NCBI RefSeq assembly: GCF_030684315.1 | Contig: NC_081396.1 | Span: forward strand, 1,984,001 to 2,048,000 | DNA: 64,000 bases | Direction: 5' to 3' | Source of the DNA: Stegostoma tigrinum | Lineage: Eukaryota | Part shown: piece after piece, positions 12,418 to 26,966 of the stretch | Numbering within the stretch: the stretch's first letter is position 1 | How the letters are laid out: each line of letters starts with the position of its first letter | Notes under the pieces: generated by a model | Seen by the model: the letters and a program-made list of their open reading frames with translations, nothing else | Database searches by the model: none | What the model was told of the DNA's origin: nothing | Translations under genes and position numbers: made by a program

Positions 12418-13114
12418 GTTTAAAAGCAGGTGGCTAAAGCTGAATAGTTTCAGCAGAGAGATAACGGTGCCTTGAAAGTAAACTGTTTCAGCTCAGTTTT
12501 TGGAAGATGCTGAGTCATATCTGGAATCATTGCTGTTTATTTCCTTTCTGACAGGGACACCAAATAACACCCAATCAGCTTACAATGCCTCTTGTTCTGA
12601 AATCAATCGCGTTAGTGAGTTAGTTGCCAAAACACGCAGTGGGAGGTTCTGAAAGTCATTTAGCCCTTTAAACCTGCTCTGACGTTAAATGGAACACTTC
12701 TTGATTTCTGATGCATCCACCCTCCTGCATAATCTCTGAACCCTTTCCCATTAAGTTCACAACTCTGTCGACTTTGTCTGAAATATATTGAAAATAACTG
12801 CTTCATATGATATAGCAGGAAAAAAGGGCATTAACGCCAATGCACATTCATTAAATTGTCAATCCATTTGTCTGGCCTGTGATAAATATTAGTGAACGTT
12901 GTTGTGGTTTGGATAGCAGAGTCTGCCTGAAAAGAATTCTATCATAAACATTCGACACAACCATGATACAGAAGAATTTTGTATAGAATGCAACACAGAA
13001 AAAAACAAGATTTATGGAAAAGCTGACCGTTCTAATTTTTGACAATATTAACAATTCACAAGAATCAGAGATTGTATCTCCAAACCAGTGAGGGATGTGT
13101 TAAGATTCCCTTGT

Positions 13115-13570
13115 AATATTGCTCGGTGACTGACTGTGCTTCTGTTATAGTGTGGACATCAGTGTGCAGTAATATATGGTAGAGTCAAAGACAAATGCGC
13201 CAATGGTATTTAATGGAGCTGTTGACTTGGCTTAGTCCAAATTAACAGAAAACCAGCCACAAAAACCCTATAAACATACTTCTATTTCCCTTTCCGAAAC
13301 TCTTTACTAAATATCTCAGCGTTACCTCAGGATGTAGGATTTCCCAGCGAATCCATTGTCGGGGACGGTCCATCATGAACATTCAGTTGAAGGGAATCTT
13401 GGGAAATTGAGCCATGGCCACACATTCCTGCAACAAAAATTACAAGGTATATAGAAATGATATGTGTGTGCAATAACAAAAGCAAGGAAACATATAATGG
13501 TAGTTCCATCTCACACTCACTGGGCAATGTGACCATGGTTATCAGGAAAGCACACGGTGAATGTGCAGAT
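13115..13570 (-). pseudogene. TCR-type V pseudogene
   Basis: Hydrophobic leader ...AFLITMVTLP with GTGAGT donor (13520); acceptor TTGCAG at 13428. GMCGHGSISQDSLQLNVHDG...FSVNLD...FDSTIYYCTLM, then heptamer remnant CACACTA (13148-13154). Confidence 0.78.
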
Positions 13571-16500
13571 CGACAGTAAACAACGCATGGTTTAAAATGT
13601 TGATTCTTAAAGTCTTATACCAGTGAATGAGCTCAGATTGGGCCAGGCCTTACTTAATGAGAAACTCAGCGGCATTTTCCCCGTTCGCAATTGGCTGGTT
13701 TCTCCTTTCTGACGTTAACCGAGGGCCAATCACCGTTAGGTAACTACTCAATTTAGTTGGATCTCTGCAATGTATTTCCTTTTCATTTATTAGTCTTCCT
13801 CACCATCTTGCTCTCCCTCATATATTCAGATGTTCAATCTCTTTCTCCCTTCAACTAGTATTCATAAATAGGAAGAATATGCCTTCTAGAAGAGATAACC
13901 CAAATAAGGATAATACTGAAAGAAAATAAGTTCCTCCATAAATGCCTATTGAACGAGACTCGCTCATAATAATACCTTAGCCCGTTCGAGATTCCATAAC
14001 AAGGATAGTTGCCTGCTCATTTTCTGTCTTCTCAATCCGTCTCAGAATCTTATATGCTGACAGTCTGGTGCCAGGTTTTGGTACATCTTCTGAGGGAGAA
14101 GAACTTAAATTGGGATCGAGAACATCCAGAAGGAGAGGATCCCATCTTTGTGGACACAAATATATGAACAGTGCAGGTGATAAAAGAAAGAGATTTTGCA
14201 CTATATACCAGAGTTTCCTGGCAGAAAATTATGAAGCAGAATGTCAATGGTCATATCGAACGTTTGGTTTATTCCTGAACTGAATGCAATGGACAAAAAA
14301 ATCATCAGGTAGAAGTGATGTGTGCTTTGCTGAACGATTGACGTGGGAGAAGGGAAGCACCAGCACTGGCACTTGGTAATGTTGGATTTTCAGCGATGAG
14401 ACAACGTTAATCTAAATGGTGCAAGAATCTTCGCAAAGGCGAAGGACATGAATAGGAATGTAGAGAAGATTTGTAATTAAATGATCTGCAACAATTAGTG
14501 AAGGCTTAGAAAATGTGGTAAGCCAAAAAATATAGGAAAGTACGTTTTAAAATGACAAAATGGCATGTAGGTGAGGACAAGTCGAAGAAAAAGAAAGGCA
14601 AGCAATAAGACAAGAGGATAAACACAAATTATCAAGAGTTCAGCGCCCCTGGATCTGAATGCCCATTGTATTCACAATGGAACAGGAAAACTAAACGCAC
14701 AAATAAAAATGATTCAGTACAATCTCACTGCTGTTATACAAATATAGTGGGTAAAAAAGAAGTGGAATGATACCCATATATGGAATATTACAGCAGATTT
14801 CAAACGGACAGGTGCATAAGAAATAATGGATGGTAACTATGTCAGTTAAATGCCACAAACACAATGGGAGGAATGATCTAATTAAATGAAACTAGGATAT
14901 GGAACACGTTTGTGTAGAGATATTCAATTATAATGGAAAGAATTGCGGTTGCTGTGTAGCACCCGTCCCCTATCTCTCCACAGGAACTGGGTGCAACATA
15001 AAGTAAGAAATGCTGCTCATGTTTCAGAAATTCGAGATATTCACAAAATACTTTAATCCACGGTTATATTGTGCCAGATAGCCAAAGAACATCTAGATAA
15101 GGAGGTCATAGTTTTTTTTCAGGATGATTTATTCGAAAAGCTTTTTGTGGAATAGACCAAACAGACGCTTCAGCAGGCATAGCAATGTGCAGCACTATCG
15201 AACTAAATAATGACCTCATAACGAAGATACCCATGGGAGCCAGTGACCATATAATGTTGAACATTATATTCAATTTGAGGGAGACCTCCATTTTCCTTAA
15301 ACCGTGGAATTTCTGCCATTTCACCTGGTTTACTGCAAAATTGCCCTCCCTAAGATGCAATACATGGATATCTTATGGTGAATTTTTGCTCGCGATGTTT
15401 GGACATTTGGTGCTTCTCATGATATCAGTGTCAGTGTCTAGAGTAGCCCCTATTGTTAATTAGATGACTTTTTGCAGTGGTATTAAACATAGAGGGAAAA
15501 CCATTTCACAGTTCCAAAATTCCTGATCTCTAGTCTCTCCAAAGTTCCAAACTGCATCGATGTGAACTATCTCAGGATGAATGTGATAATTGTATTCAAG
15601 GTTTATTTCATTGTATTATCAATGACCTCTTTAACTGCCATATCAACAGTTGGACTTAACACTACTCATTATAGATCTACTAACGAAAACGAACTTCGTT
15701 AACCCTATCGCAGCAACAATCAGGAATAGCATAATTTAGAGCAATAAAATTACTTTACCATTCTTACAGAATTTATATCATGCATTGGTTGTATTAAGTT
15801 TTACAACGAAGAACTGCCCAATGGGTCGTGAGTTAATGGTTATGAGCAGTTAAGAGATCATTCCGTTTTTTACTTCTTAATCTTTAGGGCTGGAAAAATT
15901 CAGTTGAATCAAAATTACAGATCCCTGTTTCATTTTGTTATTGATCTAAACAACGGCACGAATTGCTGAGCAGCAGCAATCTCTGTATTGAACCATTTGG
16001 AGCAGGTTTCACACAACAAAGAAGAACAGTGGACAGGCCAACTGTAGTGTCAGAAGAGAGAAGGTGTCTGGCTGTGATGTGTAAATCTCGAGAAGCCTGT
16101 CTACAATTTGCACTTGTGCAATGTTACCTGCTGAAGACCAACTGATGTAGGAGTATGGATGAAGGAGATGCGGAAAGTGACTCGACTACTACAGTATCAG
16201 CGAGCACAGTAATAATTTAAATTATAATGCCACACCTATTTGAAAGGTCTATCCATATCGTTCTTCACACTTGTATGCTCAGTAGCCCATTCACTATTCA
16301 ACTGATGACAGTTTCCTTTCACTATTTCATGGAATCTGGTTTTGTTTCAATCTCTTATAATAGGCACTTTATTTCAGGTAGTTTGAAGCATATATTGTCA
16401 TAAATAAAATTTATTTTTCACTGCAATGACAGTTGTCTCAAATCTCGTTGATTTTGTTGAACTTCATCAGGTGCAATCAGCCAATCAACAATGTATGGCT

Positions 16501-16834
16501 TTGTACATACAAAATCATAGACAGACTTTTTTTTTTAAAATGAGGATAACCTCATTTCTTTTCCGAGCTACATTAAAGTTGTTCACTTCAAGTTCAAAGC
16601 CGGTCGACATCTTTTCTAAACAAACTAAACCGATACTGTATTAAACATCTTTCCAAAATGTGAGATTTCCTGGCTTACAGGCTCACACACGACCAACTCA
16701 CTGCTATAGCTGTGATCATTATTCTCTAAACATCACTCCTAGAGTTATTAATCTCACGCGAGCTTGAATCCAGACCTTCTGTCCGACTTGTGCTTTCCCC
16801 AATCACCGAAAATGAATTGACCTTTTTTTAAAAA

Positions 16835-17130
16835 TTTCTATATTCTTGGGATGTGGACATCGATAGCAGCACCTGTATGCATTGGCCGTCTCTAATTGCC
16901 CAGAGGGTCGTCGAAAGTCAACCATATTGCTGTGGGTCTGGAGTCATATGTACACAAGACCAGATAAGAACAGCAGTTTCCTTCCCTTAATGTCATGAAT
17001 GAACCAAGTGGAATATTTCTGACAATTGACGGTGAATTAATGGTAATTATTGGACTACTAATACAAGATTTTTTTTTGCGATTCAAATTGTGAGATTCAA
17101 ATCCGTAACCTAGGTCTCTGGATAAAGAGA
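16835..17130. mobile_element. SINE remnant of a common shark family (tentative)
   Basis: Motifs such as CCATATTGCTGTGGGTCTGGAGTCA...CAGTTTCCTTCCCT resemble a shark SINE I recall; family not verified. Confidence 0.45.
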
Positions 17131-17898
17131 TTTAAGCCAATATTACAGTGGTCCTGTCGTTGTTCCCAGTGCTACCAGCTCTTTCTCAGTTCCTGGCATG
17201 CCAGGGCAGATATTTTTTGCAAGTGATACTAATTGTGCCACTGTTAGTGTCATATTTTTTAAGCTGAATATGATTGTTACTTCACCTGACGATAAATCTA
17301 CTTGTATTACATTAAACCATTTGCTAGCCTTCCCTGCAGTTGTGGATGATCTCGAAAATAAAAGCCTACTATTGTTTTAGCATGGCAGAGAAACGTGGAT
17401 GGCCACAACCTCAATGCCAGTATTAGATAACAGTAATTCCACATCAATCAGCAATAAACTTCTTGAAAAGTTTAATTAATTCTGAAGGAAATAACATCAT
17501 CATTTTTACAAATAACACAAATACTTGAACTAATCTGTCACTTGAAAAAAAATCAAATAATTGAAGAGGTAATTTAGACGATTTTAGAGATAAGAACATC
17601 AACCATCAGCAGCTCCATTGACAGAAACAGAAAGCAAGGTTTGAGAAGAGGAAGGAAGCTCACAATCCATGAACAGCAAGTGTCACATACTTATACAGTA
17701 ATAATATTTTACCAAAGGTACTAGCTAAAGGCATGTAATTGAAAGTCGATCTGTTTGTTCACTGAACTATAATTATTGTGCATGCTGTCACTTAATTGCC
17801 CCTCCAGACACTCTGACTCGGAATAAAAGAGGAACAATCTCACGTTTCGTGCAGCTAAAATCTGCAGTTTCACTCATTTCTCCTATTTTTGAAGGAAG

Positions 17899-20800
17899 AT
17901 GCATGAACCTGCTATTGGTCCGATATTTGCGATTTGCTACCCCATTCTCGCTGTTGTTGGTACCCCTGGTGAGTCATAAATCCTAAAGATGTTTCTGTTT
18001 TTGTAGATCAAAAGAGCAATTCTCTTTTCCTTTTCAGTCAGTAATATCCCTGCAGTTACAGGCTAGTCTCAGCAGTAAAGGCTTTGAAAATATCATCGTT
18101 TACGATAAAACCACGCATGGTTCTCTTTTGATCTTTCGGGAAGGCGATTATGCTATCCTTCCCTGGTCTTGACTCATTTAGACTCCAGACCCACTGCAAT
18201 GTGACATATTTTGGCTTCCCTGTGAAACGTCAGAGAATGTTTTACATTTCAAAGGAATTGAGAGAAGAACAAGAAATGCTGATCTTTGCTGCGGTGATCA
18301 ATTTTTTTGAAGTTTTTTTTGTTATTTCTGTTTTCTGGTGGAAGATGGTGCATTACATGATCTTGAATAATGAAGCATTCGACGATATTACTTGAATTTT
18401 AGGTGTGTAAATTAATAGAAATATGATCAAATAGATTGATGGACGATGAATAATAATGTATAATATCGCACAAACAATTTGTATTAATTCCATAATGCAA
18501 ATATATGTCACTCAGTCTCTCCCTCTTATCTGATGTGGAAAAGTTAATGTGCCAGCTACCATTTACAATTTCCTCTGTTTTTCATGATGTAAGATTGTTT
18601 AAAACAGAAATTTAATAACACTGTGTGTTTTGTTTTCATTAATTTCAAATACTTTTCAATCAGCACTTATTCAAATCATATTAATATATTTTCAAAAAGT
18701 CACTAATGTAAGCCTTTTTGGATTCTTTATGTTGGTTGTTAGGTGCGAAGCAGCGATTTTGGATTCTCTCGAGGGCACAGTGATCCTGTTTTAAAATAGT
18801 TTCTGCCGTTCTTGTTACATTATTTGTTTTTTGGTACTGTTACAACGTTGTCTAGTTCACTCTTTTCTGTTGTTTTACAGATCAAAGAAACCTTCTTGTG
18901 AGGGTATTTGTCAAAACTAATCTCTGAGTGCAAAGTTAAACGTACATGAATATCTAATGAAATTCCCCAGTATCTAATCAATTTAAACATCTAATTTTGT
19001 TCGAATATATGTCTACATTAATATGCAAACATAATTATTTAAAAACCTTCAACTCAGGTGGATCAAGCTTCTTGTTTCTACTTCATTCGAAATTGGAAGT
19101 TTTAAATTTAGTTTATATCTAAATCATCCTATCAGAGTCTTAGTCTCTGTATTATTTTCCCATTTTACTAAAAGGCCACGAATTGGTCGATATTAAATTC
19201 TCTATCAGATGAAATATCCTTGTACTTTTTTGTGCCAGATTTTAAAAATAAATATTAAGAGTGTATTGTAGATATTCACCGGGAGACGTGGAGAGTTCTT
19301 CAAGACATTGATTATTTATTTTCAAATAAAAACCGTGACAACCAGAAAACGAATTCTTGATTGCCCCCAAATCCCAGGGTCTGTTATTTTTTATACCTTT
19401 TAGTTATCATACCTTCTTCAAAAATATCAGCATGCCCAATGGTGTCATAGGGGTTATCTTTCTACTCTTAGGAGTAAGTCAATGCTGTTAGTTAATGTTA
19501 TTTTTCTGTTTCTGCCACTATGTTTTTTTTTCTACTTCAAACTAAGATAATGATTATTTATTGCTACATCTGCCACATTGGTCCTTCGCCTCGGGTTGAC
19601 CCCATTACATCATGCCAGTCCTTGCCTCGAGCTGATCCCATTATGTCATGCTAATCCTTACTTCTATGTTACATGCTTTAATTAACCTAATTGAGCTACC
19701 GTTAATAGCTAGTCTAGTTATACTACCATTGTTCTACACTTCTTTGACATATGTTCAAGCACCTCATTCTATTAAAGTACAGCATTCCATTGATTATTGT
19801 AACATTCCATAATTCAGTACATCATCCTACTGATCACTGTAAAATTTAACCCTTTGATCGCCCCCATATTTTTTATTTCCCATCAAGAGCTGAGGCTGTG
19901 CAGCAGTCCAGGAGGAATGGCTGATAGCTCATAGAGTCTATGTTTCACTGATCAGCATTTTCAATGATATTTATTTTGTGAAATGTTCAAATCAACATTG
20001 GATGTGGATAAATAATCATTAAGCTTGGAGTTACCAAATAGACGCATTGGGATAACTTTAGTAATAGATTAGATCAGGCATTAGTCAGTGGCTTCAGACT
20101 GCTTTGTAAAATGTCTCTCTGTTTTGATCTTGCACAGCTAACTTGGTGGCGATCATAATCCTATGCCGAGGACAGTGTGGACTTTCATTGTGTATCACCT
20201 ACTACCTAGTGGCGATAGCAGTGTCAGATTTCCTTGTCATCATTTTTGCCGTCATCCTAAACAGGATCACTCGCCTTTATTTTAGGTACAGTCTGCTTTC
20301 TACCACACCCGGGTGCAGACTCAGCACTGTACTAGTTTATGTCACCCAGGATTGTTCAGTTTGGCTGACAGTGGCCTTCACCATTGACCGCTTTGTGGCC
20401 ATTTGCTGTCAAAGTCTCAAGGTCAGATATTGCACTGAGAAAACTGCATTGATGGCCATAGCAATAGTCTGTGCTTTAGGTTGCATTAAGAACATCCCTT
20501 TCTATTTCATCTATCAGCCACTGTACGTGTTGGATGGTGTACCACGGTTCTGTGACATTAAATCGACTTTTTATGCCTTACCTATCTGGCAAGTCTACGA
20601 CTGGTTGGACCACGTCTTAACCCCCTTTCTACCATTTGTCCTCATTTTGCTGCTTAATGCCATGACCGTAAGGCACATTCTAATGGCTAGCCGAGCCCGT
20701 AAGAGACTTCGAGGCATTGAGAATGGCAGAGATACAGAGATGGCCAACCGTAGGAAGTCTATTGTTCTCCTCTTCACAATCTCTCTCAGCTTCCTCTGTT

Positions 20801-21039
20801 TGTGGGCCACGCATGTTGGACGTTTCCTCTATGTCCAGGTTACGGGTAAGGGTTACTTCATCGGCCTGGATGTCAAGGACTTGCAGTATATCTTTCAAGA
20901 GATGACGAACATGCTCCAGTTACTCAGTTCTTGCAATAACGTCTTCATATATGCAGTATCTCAGACGAAGTTCAGAAAGGAGCTGCAGAAAATAATGATG
21001 TTTCCTTTCACTGGGATCATTTCTTGCATTAATCAGTGA
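17899..21039 (+). CDS. GPR139/GPR142-like orphan class A GPCR, two exons (17899-17968, 20138-21039), 323 aa, intact
   Basis: Exon 1 MHEPAIGPIFAICYPILAVVGTP|GTGAG; acceptor GCACAG. Seven hydrophobic segments with SVWLTVAFTIDRFVAIC, PFVLILLLN and SSCNNVFIY. Phase-1 intron inside TM1, as I recall for GPR139. Confidence 0.9.
19262..19885 (-). mobile_element. Solo LTR (ERV-like) in the GPCR intron
   Basis: TG...CA ends and 4-bp direct repeat AGAG (19258-19261, 19886-19889). Both ends are homologous to 28632-29320. Orientation inferred. Confidence 0.7.
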
Positions 21040-23604
21040 CAGAAGATAATCGCATGTATTAGTTGGACTCAATGATCGGCACTGTCTTCCTCATTCTCTC
21101 TGGAATTAGTCGCCATTTTCCCACCAAGCCAGACTTGAGACGTTTTAGGCCGATATCCCAGCTTCAACTCTTCCCTGTTGGGAATGCTGAAGGAATGCTA
21201 AGCTATCCGCCTTGCTGGGTGAGATGCTAATCCATTGGGTGTGTCTACTCTCTCAGGTGGAGTGTATAATATTTCACTGTTGGAATGCCAAATAGGACCA
21301 GAAATTTATTCTCTGCCGTATTTGACCAACATTTTGTCACCATATTTTTGCTCTGAAACCAGTTTTCTGCTTGGGTCTGTCGATTTTCACTGTGGAATCT
21401 TGCTTTGTTCATCTTTGAGATTGCATTCCCAACACTACAAATGAAGCATTATTCAATTGTGAAGAATATAGTTTGCAATATGCTGAAGTTGTGAAAGATA
21501 TTGCAACAATCATTTTTCTACCTTTCTTGTTTATATATGAAGTTAATATTTATTTCCCCATGTGAGTGACGTAATAGAAATAAGACGAAATGGAGCCTAG
21601 TGAGAATGCCCAGAGCACATGAAAAAGAGAATGCTGATGTTGAAAAATGGGAAAAAAGAGATGCAAATTATATTTTAATGATTGTTATAAAATGGGCCAT
21701 ATCTCTCAGCTCTTCTGAGCAAACGCACAATGACATAAAACATTAAAGACATTTCTTTAAGAATTGAAGACAACCCTTTCAGAATCATTTTAAAAAGTGA
21801 ATGCTGGAGAAACACAGCAAGGCAGGTAACATATAGGGAGAGAGAAATATATTTAATGTTTTGCATCTGTAATGATTCTTCTTCAGAATGACATCCTCAC
21901 TGTTCTGATTCTATTTCCAGACACATGAAAGATCTGGTTGGTTAGGGTTTCTAGGTTCTCATCAAATTGAAGAACAGAGGTCATGCTGTGAAGTCATTGA
22001 ACACAATGTTTACACTTGGTTGTAAAGTGCAGCAAGTGCAGCCAACCCAATTTCCGCCAACACACAAAAGTAATCACTTTTCAGTTCCCTTCCATTCTCA
22101 AGAAGAGCCAAAATGGATATTGCAACGTTAGATCTATTTTTGTCTCTGTAGATGATGCGAAATCCAAGAGATTTGCCAACATTCTCATTTTATTTCCATA
22201 TGCATCGAAATTGAATGTTCCTACTTGACATCAAAAACTGCAAACACTATGTGCCCCAACAAAATTTCACCACTGACACTGAAGACCTCTGCTCCAGATT
22301 CAGAAGTCGCATGACACAAGGTTTTAATCTAATGTGTTTATTTGAAATCACATGCTTTGGGAGCACTGCTACATCGTCAGGTGAAAGCTTACGATTTCAA
22401 ATAAACCTACTGCATTATAATCTGGAATCTTGTGACTTCTGAATTCGTACATCCCAGTTTAACACAGGTACCTCCAAATCTGCTTCAGAAATTGTGCTTG
22501 CAGCAATCAATGTTAGCCCAACTGTGAAAATGTCAATGGCACAGCAATGTGCCAAAATGCACAGATCAGTCTGTATACAACATTCAGGGCACTTCAACCT
22601 CATGGTTACTGTCCCATCCACTTACTCTTGATTATTCACACCTGATAGAAGAGTTTGCTGACATGGCAATCAGCATCACTTCCTCAGCATTAACTTGATT
22701 AAGGATCCTCATTATACGTTCCTTCCACTGGGGCCACTCAATAATGCCACCAACACTGACTCCCCACTATCAATACCGTAGGGACTTTCTTTGGCTAGAA
22801 GTGGAATTCGCCGGATAAATACAGGGGTTAAAAGAGCAGGCCAGAGGCTAGGAATCCCGCAGCAAGTAGCTCCCTTCCATAGTCCGCAATTATAATCATG
22901 ATATCTTAAGAACTGTTTCCACAGCCATGCTCAAACTCATCTTAGTCTGTTGCACCTCACATCTGCTAGCCAATTTTCCAGGTCAAGATTGAATTCACGA
23001 TCTGCCAGTGTTTGTCCCAAGTAGCTCATTGGAACTGGGAACTGAATGGTCAGAGGCAGCTGGAGGCAAGGCAAAGGAGAAGCAGTCACATTCTTCTTCT
23101 AGTCTTCTGCACAATGTTAATCCTTGAAATGTTCATCTTGTCGTCGTTGGTTTCAATATGAAGAAAAAAATGGAACTGTGATAATCTGATTGTTTTTAAC
23201 CAAAGTACTGCAGGTAAGTAAGCAACAGGCTAATGGTTACAGGAACCTGCTTTGAGGTGCTCAGCTGCATTGAAGGAACGGCAACAATTATCGTGCCATT
23301 CAATTCCTCTGATTCTAGACTTAGGCAAGAAATGGTCAATAGCTTCAGGCAGAATTTGTTCATAGTCTTGAATCGAAATGACCATGATTGGAAGCGTGTG
23401 AATACATTTCACTGGCGTCAGTTGTAAAATAGCAGACTGAATGTAACTAAAATGATGGGAAGGTCTTGCAAAAATGAAGAGATATTGATGTCAGTACTTG
23501 AAGGAAAATGTGTTTCCTTTTTATAGGAACCTTTGTTCCTTCAATTTTTTTTTCAAACTGAGGACAAGTGAAGTGAGGCAGTGATGGTTTGTACAAAAAA
23601 AAAC

Positions 23605-23825
23605 GTTGTTAGGAAATCTCCGAAGGTCTGGCAGCATCTGTGAATTACAACACAAAGTTAACGTTTCGGATCTGGAGACAGTTCCTCACAACTGAAGACG
23701 AGCCTCTGGAACCAAAACGTTAAATCTGATTCTTTTCTTCACAGATGCTTTCAGACCTGCTGACATTTTCTAACAACTTCTGTTTTTGTTCCTGATTTAC
23801 AACATTCACAGTTCTTTCGTTTTCA
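23605..23825. repeat. Palindromic, decayed Penelope-tail-like repeat
   Basis: GGTCTGGCAGCATCTGTG...GTTAACGTTTCGG is mirrored by CCAAAACGTTAA...CACAGATGCTTTCAGACC. Related half copies lie at about 845-905 and 60500-60620. Confidence 0.6.
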
Positions 23826-24144
23826 TTTCGTGATGGTGTTTATTTTTGGCTGCTCTTCTTGTGAATATTGCCATTCTCAGTCATATATCTTTTATCACAA
23901 TTCTCCGCGACCTGAGGTAAATGCCATCAACAAGATACGTGGTGCAATGGCTAATGGGTCTGATGACAAGCCCCACGAAAGTGGGTTTGATTTCAATCTC
24001 GATGAGATGCATTTTGCCAATGTTGATTTGTCTCTTCACAAACTGACTGAAGCACAGCTGGTTATACAATCAGAGAAGTCCAGATTGAAAAAGCCTTTCA
24101 GCCCGTTGGGACACTTTGGTCAAAAGCATCCACCTGATTATTCT

Positions 24145-25661
24145 AAGATAATAAAATGTGAGGCTGGATGAACACAGCAGGCCAAGCAGCATCTCAGGAG
24201 CACAAAAGCTGACGTTTCGGGCCTAGACCCTTCATCAGAGAGGGGGATGGGGGGAGGGAACTGGAATAAATAGGGAGAGAGGGGGAGGCGGACCGAAGAT
24301 GGAGAGTAAAGAAGATAGGTGGAGAGGGTGTAGGTGGGGAGGTAGGGAGGGGATAGGTCAGTCCAGGGAAGACGGACAGGTCAAGGAGGTGGGATGAGGT
24401 TAGTAGGTAGCTGGGGGTGCGGCTTGGGGTGGGAGGAAGGGATGGGTGAGAGGAAGAACCGGTTAGGGAGGCAGAGACAGGTTGGACTGGTTTTGGGATG
24501 CAGTGGGTGGGGGGGAATAGCTGGGCTGGTTGTGTGGTGCAGTGGGGGGAGGGGATGAACTGGGCTGGTTTAGGGATGCAGTGGGGGAAGGGGAGATTTT
24601 GAAACTGGTGAAGTCCACATTGATACCATATGGCTGCAGGGTTCCCAGGCGGAATATGAGTTGCTGTTCCTGCAACCTTCGGGTGGCATCATTGTGGCAG
24701 TGCAGGAGGCCCATGATGGACATGTCATCAAGAGAATGGGAGGGGGAGTGGAAATGGTTTGCGACTGGGAGGCGCAGTTGTTTGTTGCGAACTGAGCGGA
24801 GGTGTTCTGCAAAGCGGTCCCCAAGCCTCCGCTTGGTTTCCCCAATGTAGAGGTAGCCGCACCGGGTACAGTGGATGCAGTATACCACATTGGCAGATGT
24901 GCAGGTGAACCTCTGCTTAATGTGGAATGTCATCTTGGGGCCTGGGATGGGGGTGAGGGAGGAGGTGTGGGGACAAGTGTAGCATTTCCTGCGGTTGCAG
25001 GGGAAGGTGCCGGGTGTGGTGGGGTTGGAGGGCAGTGTGGAGCGAACAAGGGAGTCACGGAGAGAGTGGTCTCTCCGGAAAGCAGACAGGGGAGGGGATG
25101 GAAAAATGTCTTGGGTGGTGGGGTCGGATTGTAAATGGCGGAAGTGTCGGAGGATAATGTGTTGTATCCGGAGGTTGGTAGGGTGGTGTGTGAGAACGAG
25201 GGGGATCCTCTTGGGGCGGTTGTGGCGGGGGCGGGGTGTGAGGGATGTGTCGCGGGAGATGCGGGAGACGCGATCATGGGCGTTCTCAATCACCGTGGGG
25301 GGAAAGTTGCGGTCCTTAAAGAACTTGGACATCTGGGATGTGCGGGAGTGGAATGTCTTATCGTGGGAGCAGATGCGGCGGAGGCGGAGGAATTGGGAAT
25401 AGGGGATGGAATTTTTGCAGGAGGGTGGGTGGGAGGAGGTGTATTCTAGGTAGCTGTGGGAGTCGGTGGGCTTGAAATGGACATCAGTTACAAGCTGGTT
25501 GCCTTCAGATGGAGACTGAGAGGTCCAGGAAGGTGAGGGATATGCTGGAGATGGCCCAGGTGAACTGAAGGTTGGGGTGGAAGGTGTTGGTGAAGTGGAT
25601 GAACTGTTCGAGCTCCTCTGGGGAGCAAGAGGCGGCGCCGATACAGTCATCAATGTACCGG
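24145..25661 (-). mobile_element. Penelope-like retroelement, 5'-truncated (RT C-terminus + GIY-YIG endonuclease + tail)
   Basis: RYIDD...TFLDL RT motifs; KPTDSHSYL; SIPYSQFLRLRRIC; VVYCIHC...LYIGETKRRLGDRFAEH (GIY-YIG). One frameshift near 25505. Confidence 0.92.
24209..24240 (-). ncRNA. Minimal hammerhead ribozyme motif in the Penelope tail
   Basis: Reverse complement is CT-CTGATGA-A-GGG TCTAGG CCC-GAAA-CG-TC-AG. Confidence 0.75.
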
Positions 25662-26966
25662 ATTCCATCCCCTATTCCCAATTCCTCCGCCTCCGCCGCA
25701 TCTGCTCCCACGATAAGACATTCCACTCCCGCACATCCCAGATGTCCAAGTTCTTTAAGGACCGCAACTTTCCCCCGACGGTGATTGAGAACGCCCTTGA
25801 CCGCGTCTCCCGCATCTCCCGCGACACATCCCTCACACCCCGCCCCCACCACAACCGCCCCAAGAGGATCCCCCTCGTTCTCACACACCACCCTACCAAC
25901 CTCCGGATACAACGCATTATCCTCCGACACTTCCGCCATTTACAATCCGACCCCACCACCCAAGACATTTTTCCATCCCCTCCCCTGTCTGCTTTCCGGC
26001 GAGACCACTCTCTCCGTGACTCCCTTGTTCGCTCCACACTGCCCTCCAACCCCACCACACCCGGCACCTTCCCCTGCAACCGCAGGAAATGCTACACTTG
26101 TCCCCACACCTCCTCCCTCACCCCCATCCCAGGCCACAAGATGACATTCCACATTAAGCAGAGGTTCACCTGCACATCTGCCAATGTGGTATACTGCATC
26201 CACTGTACCCGGTGCGGCTACCTCTACATTGGGGAAACCAAGCGGAGGCTTGGGGACCGCTTTGCAGAACACCTCCGCTCAGTTCGCAACAAACAACTGC
26301 ACCTCCCAGTCGCAAACCATTTCCACTCCCCCTCCCATTCTCTTGATGACATGTCCATCATGGGCCTCCTGCACTGCCACAATGATGCCACCCGAAGGTT
26401 GCAGGAACAGCAACTCATATTCCGCCTGGGAACCCTGCAGCCATATGGTATCAATGTGGACTTCACCAGTTTCAAAATCTCCCCTTCCCCCACTGCATCC
26501 CTAAACCAGCCCAGTTCATCCCCTCCCCCCACTGCACCACACAACCAGCCCAGCTCTTCCCCCCCACCCACTGCATCCCAAAACCAGTCCAACCTGTCTC
26601 TGCCTCCCTAACCGGTTCTTCCTCTCACCCATCCCTTCCTCCCACCCCAAGCCGCACCCCCAGCTACCTACTAACCTCATCCCACCTCCTTGACCTGTCC
26701 GTCTTCCCTGGACTGACCTATCCCCTCCCTACCTCCCCACCTACACCCTCTCCACCTATCTTCTTTCCTCTCCATCTTCGGTCCGCCTCCCCCTCTCTCC
26801 CTATTTATTCCAGTTCCCTCCCCCCATCCCCCTCTCTGATGAAGGGTCTAGGCCCGAAACGTCAGCTTTTGTGCTCCTGAGATGCTGCTTGGCCTGCTGT
26901 GTTCATCCAGCCTCACATTTTATTATCTTGGAATCTCCAGCATCTGCAGTTCCCATTATCTCTTAT
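25662..26966 (+). mobile_element. Penelope-like retroelement, second copy, inverted relative to the first
   Basis: ORF 25577-26611 carries the same GIY-YIG domain with only a handful of substitutions versus the left copy. The composite is flanked by ACCTGATTATTCTAA (24132-24146, 26967-26981). Confidence 0.92.
26834..26865 (+). ncRNA. Minimal hammerhead ribozyme motif in the Penelope tail
   Basis: CT-CTGATGA-A-GGG TCTAGG CCC-GAAA-CG-TC-AG: conserved CUGANGA/GAAA/UH core with a very short palindromic stem III. Confidence 0.75.

Noticed and set aside
16115-16215. Minus-strand TATTACTGTGCT (YYCA) followed by a splice donor
   Set aside because: No upstream V framework, no RSS and no GxG J motif.
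23935-24010. tRNA-like A/B box sequence
   Set aside because: No cloverleaf; more likely a decayed SINE head.
24530-26592. Many overlapping Pro-rich or Gly-rich ORFs
   Set aside because: Alternative or antisense frames of the strand-biased Penelope copies.
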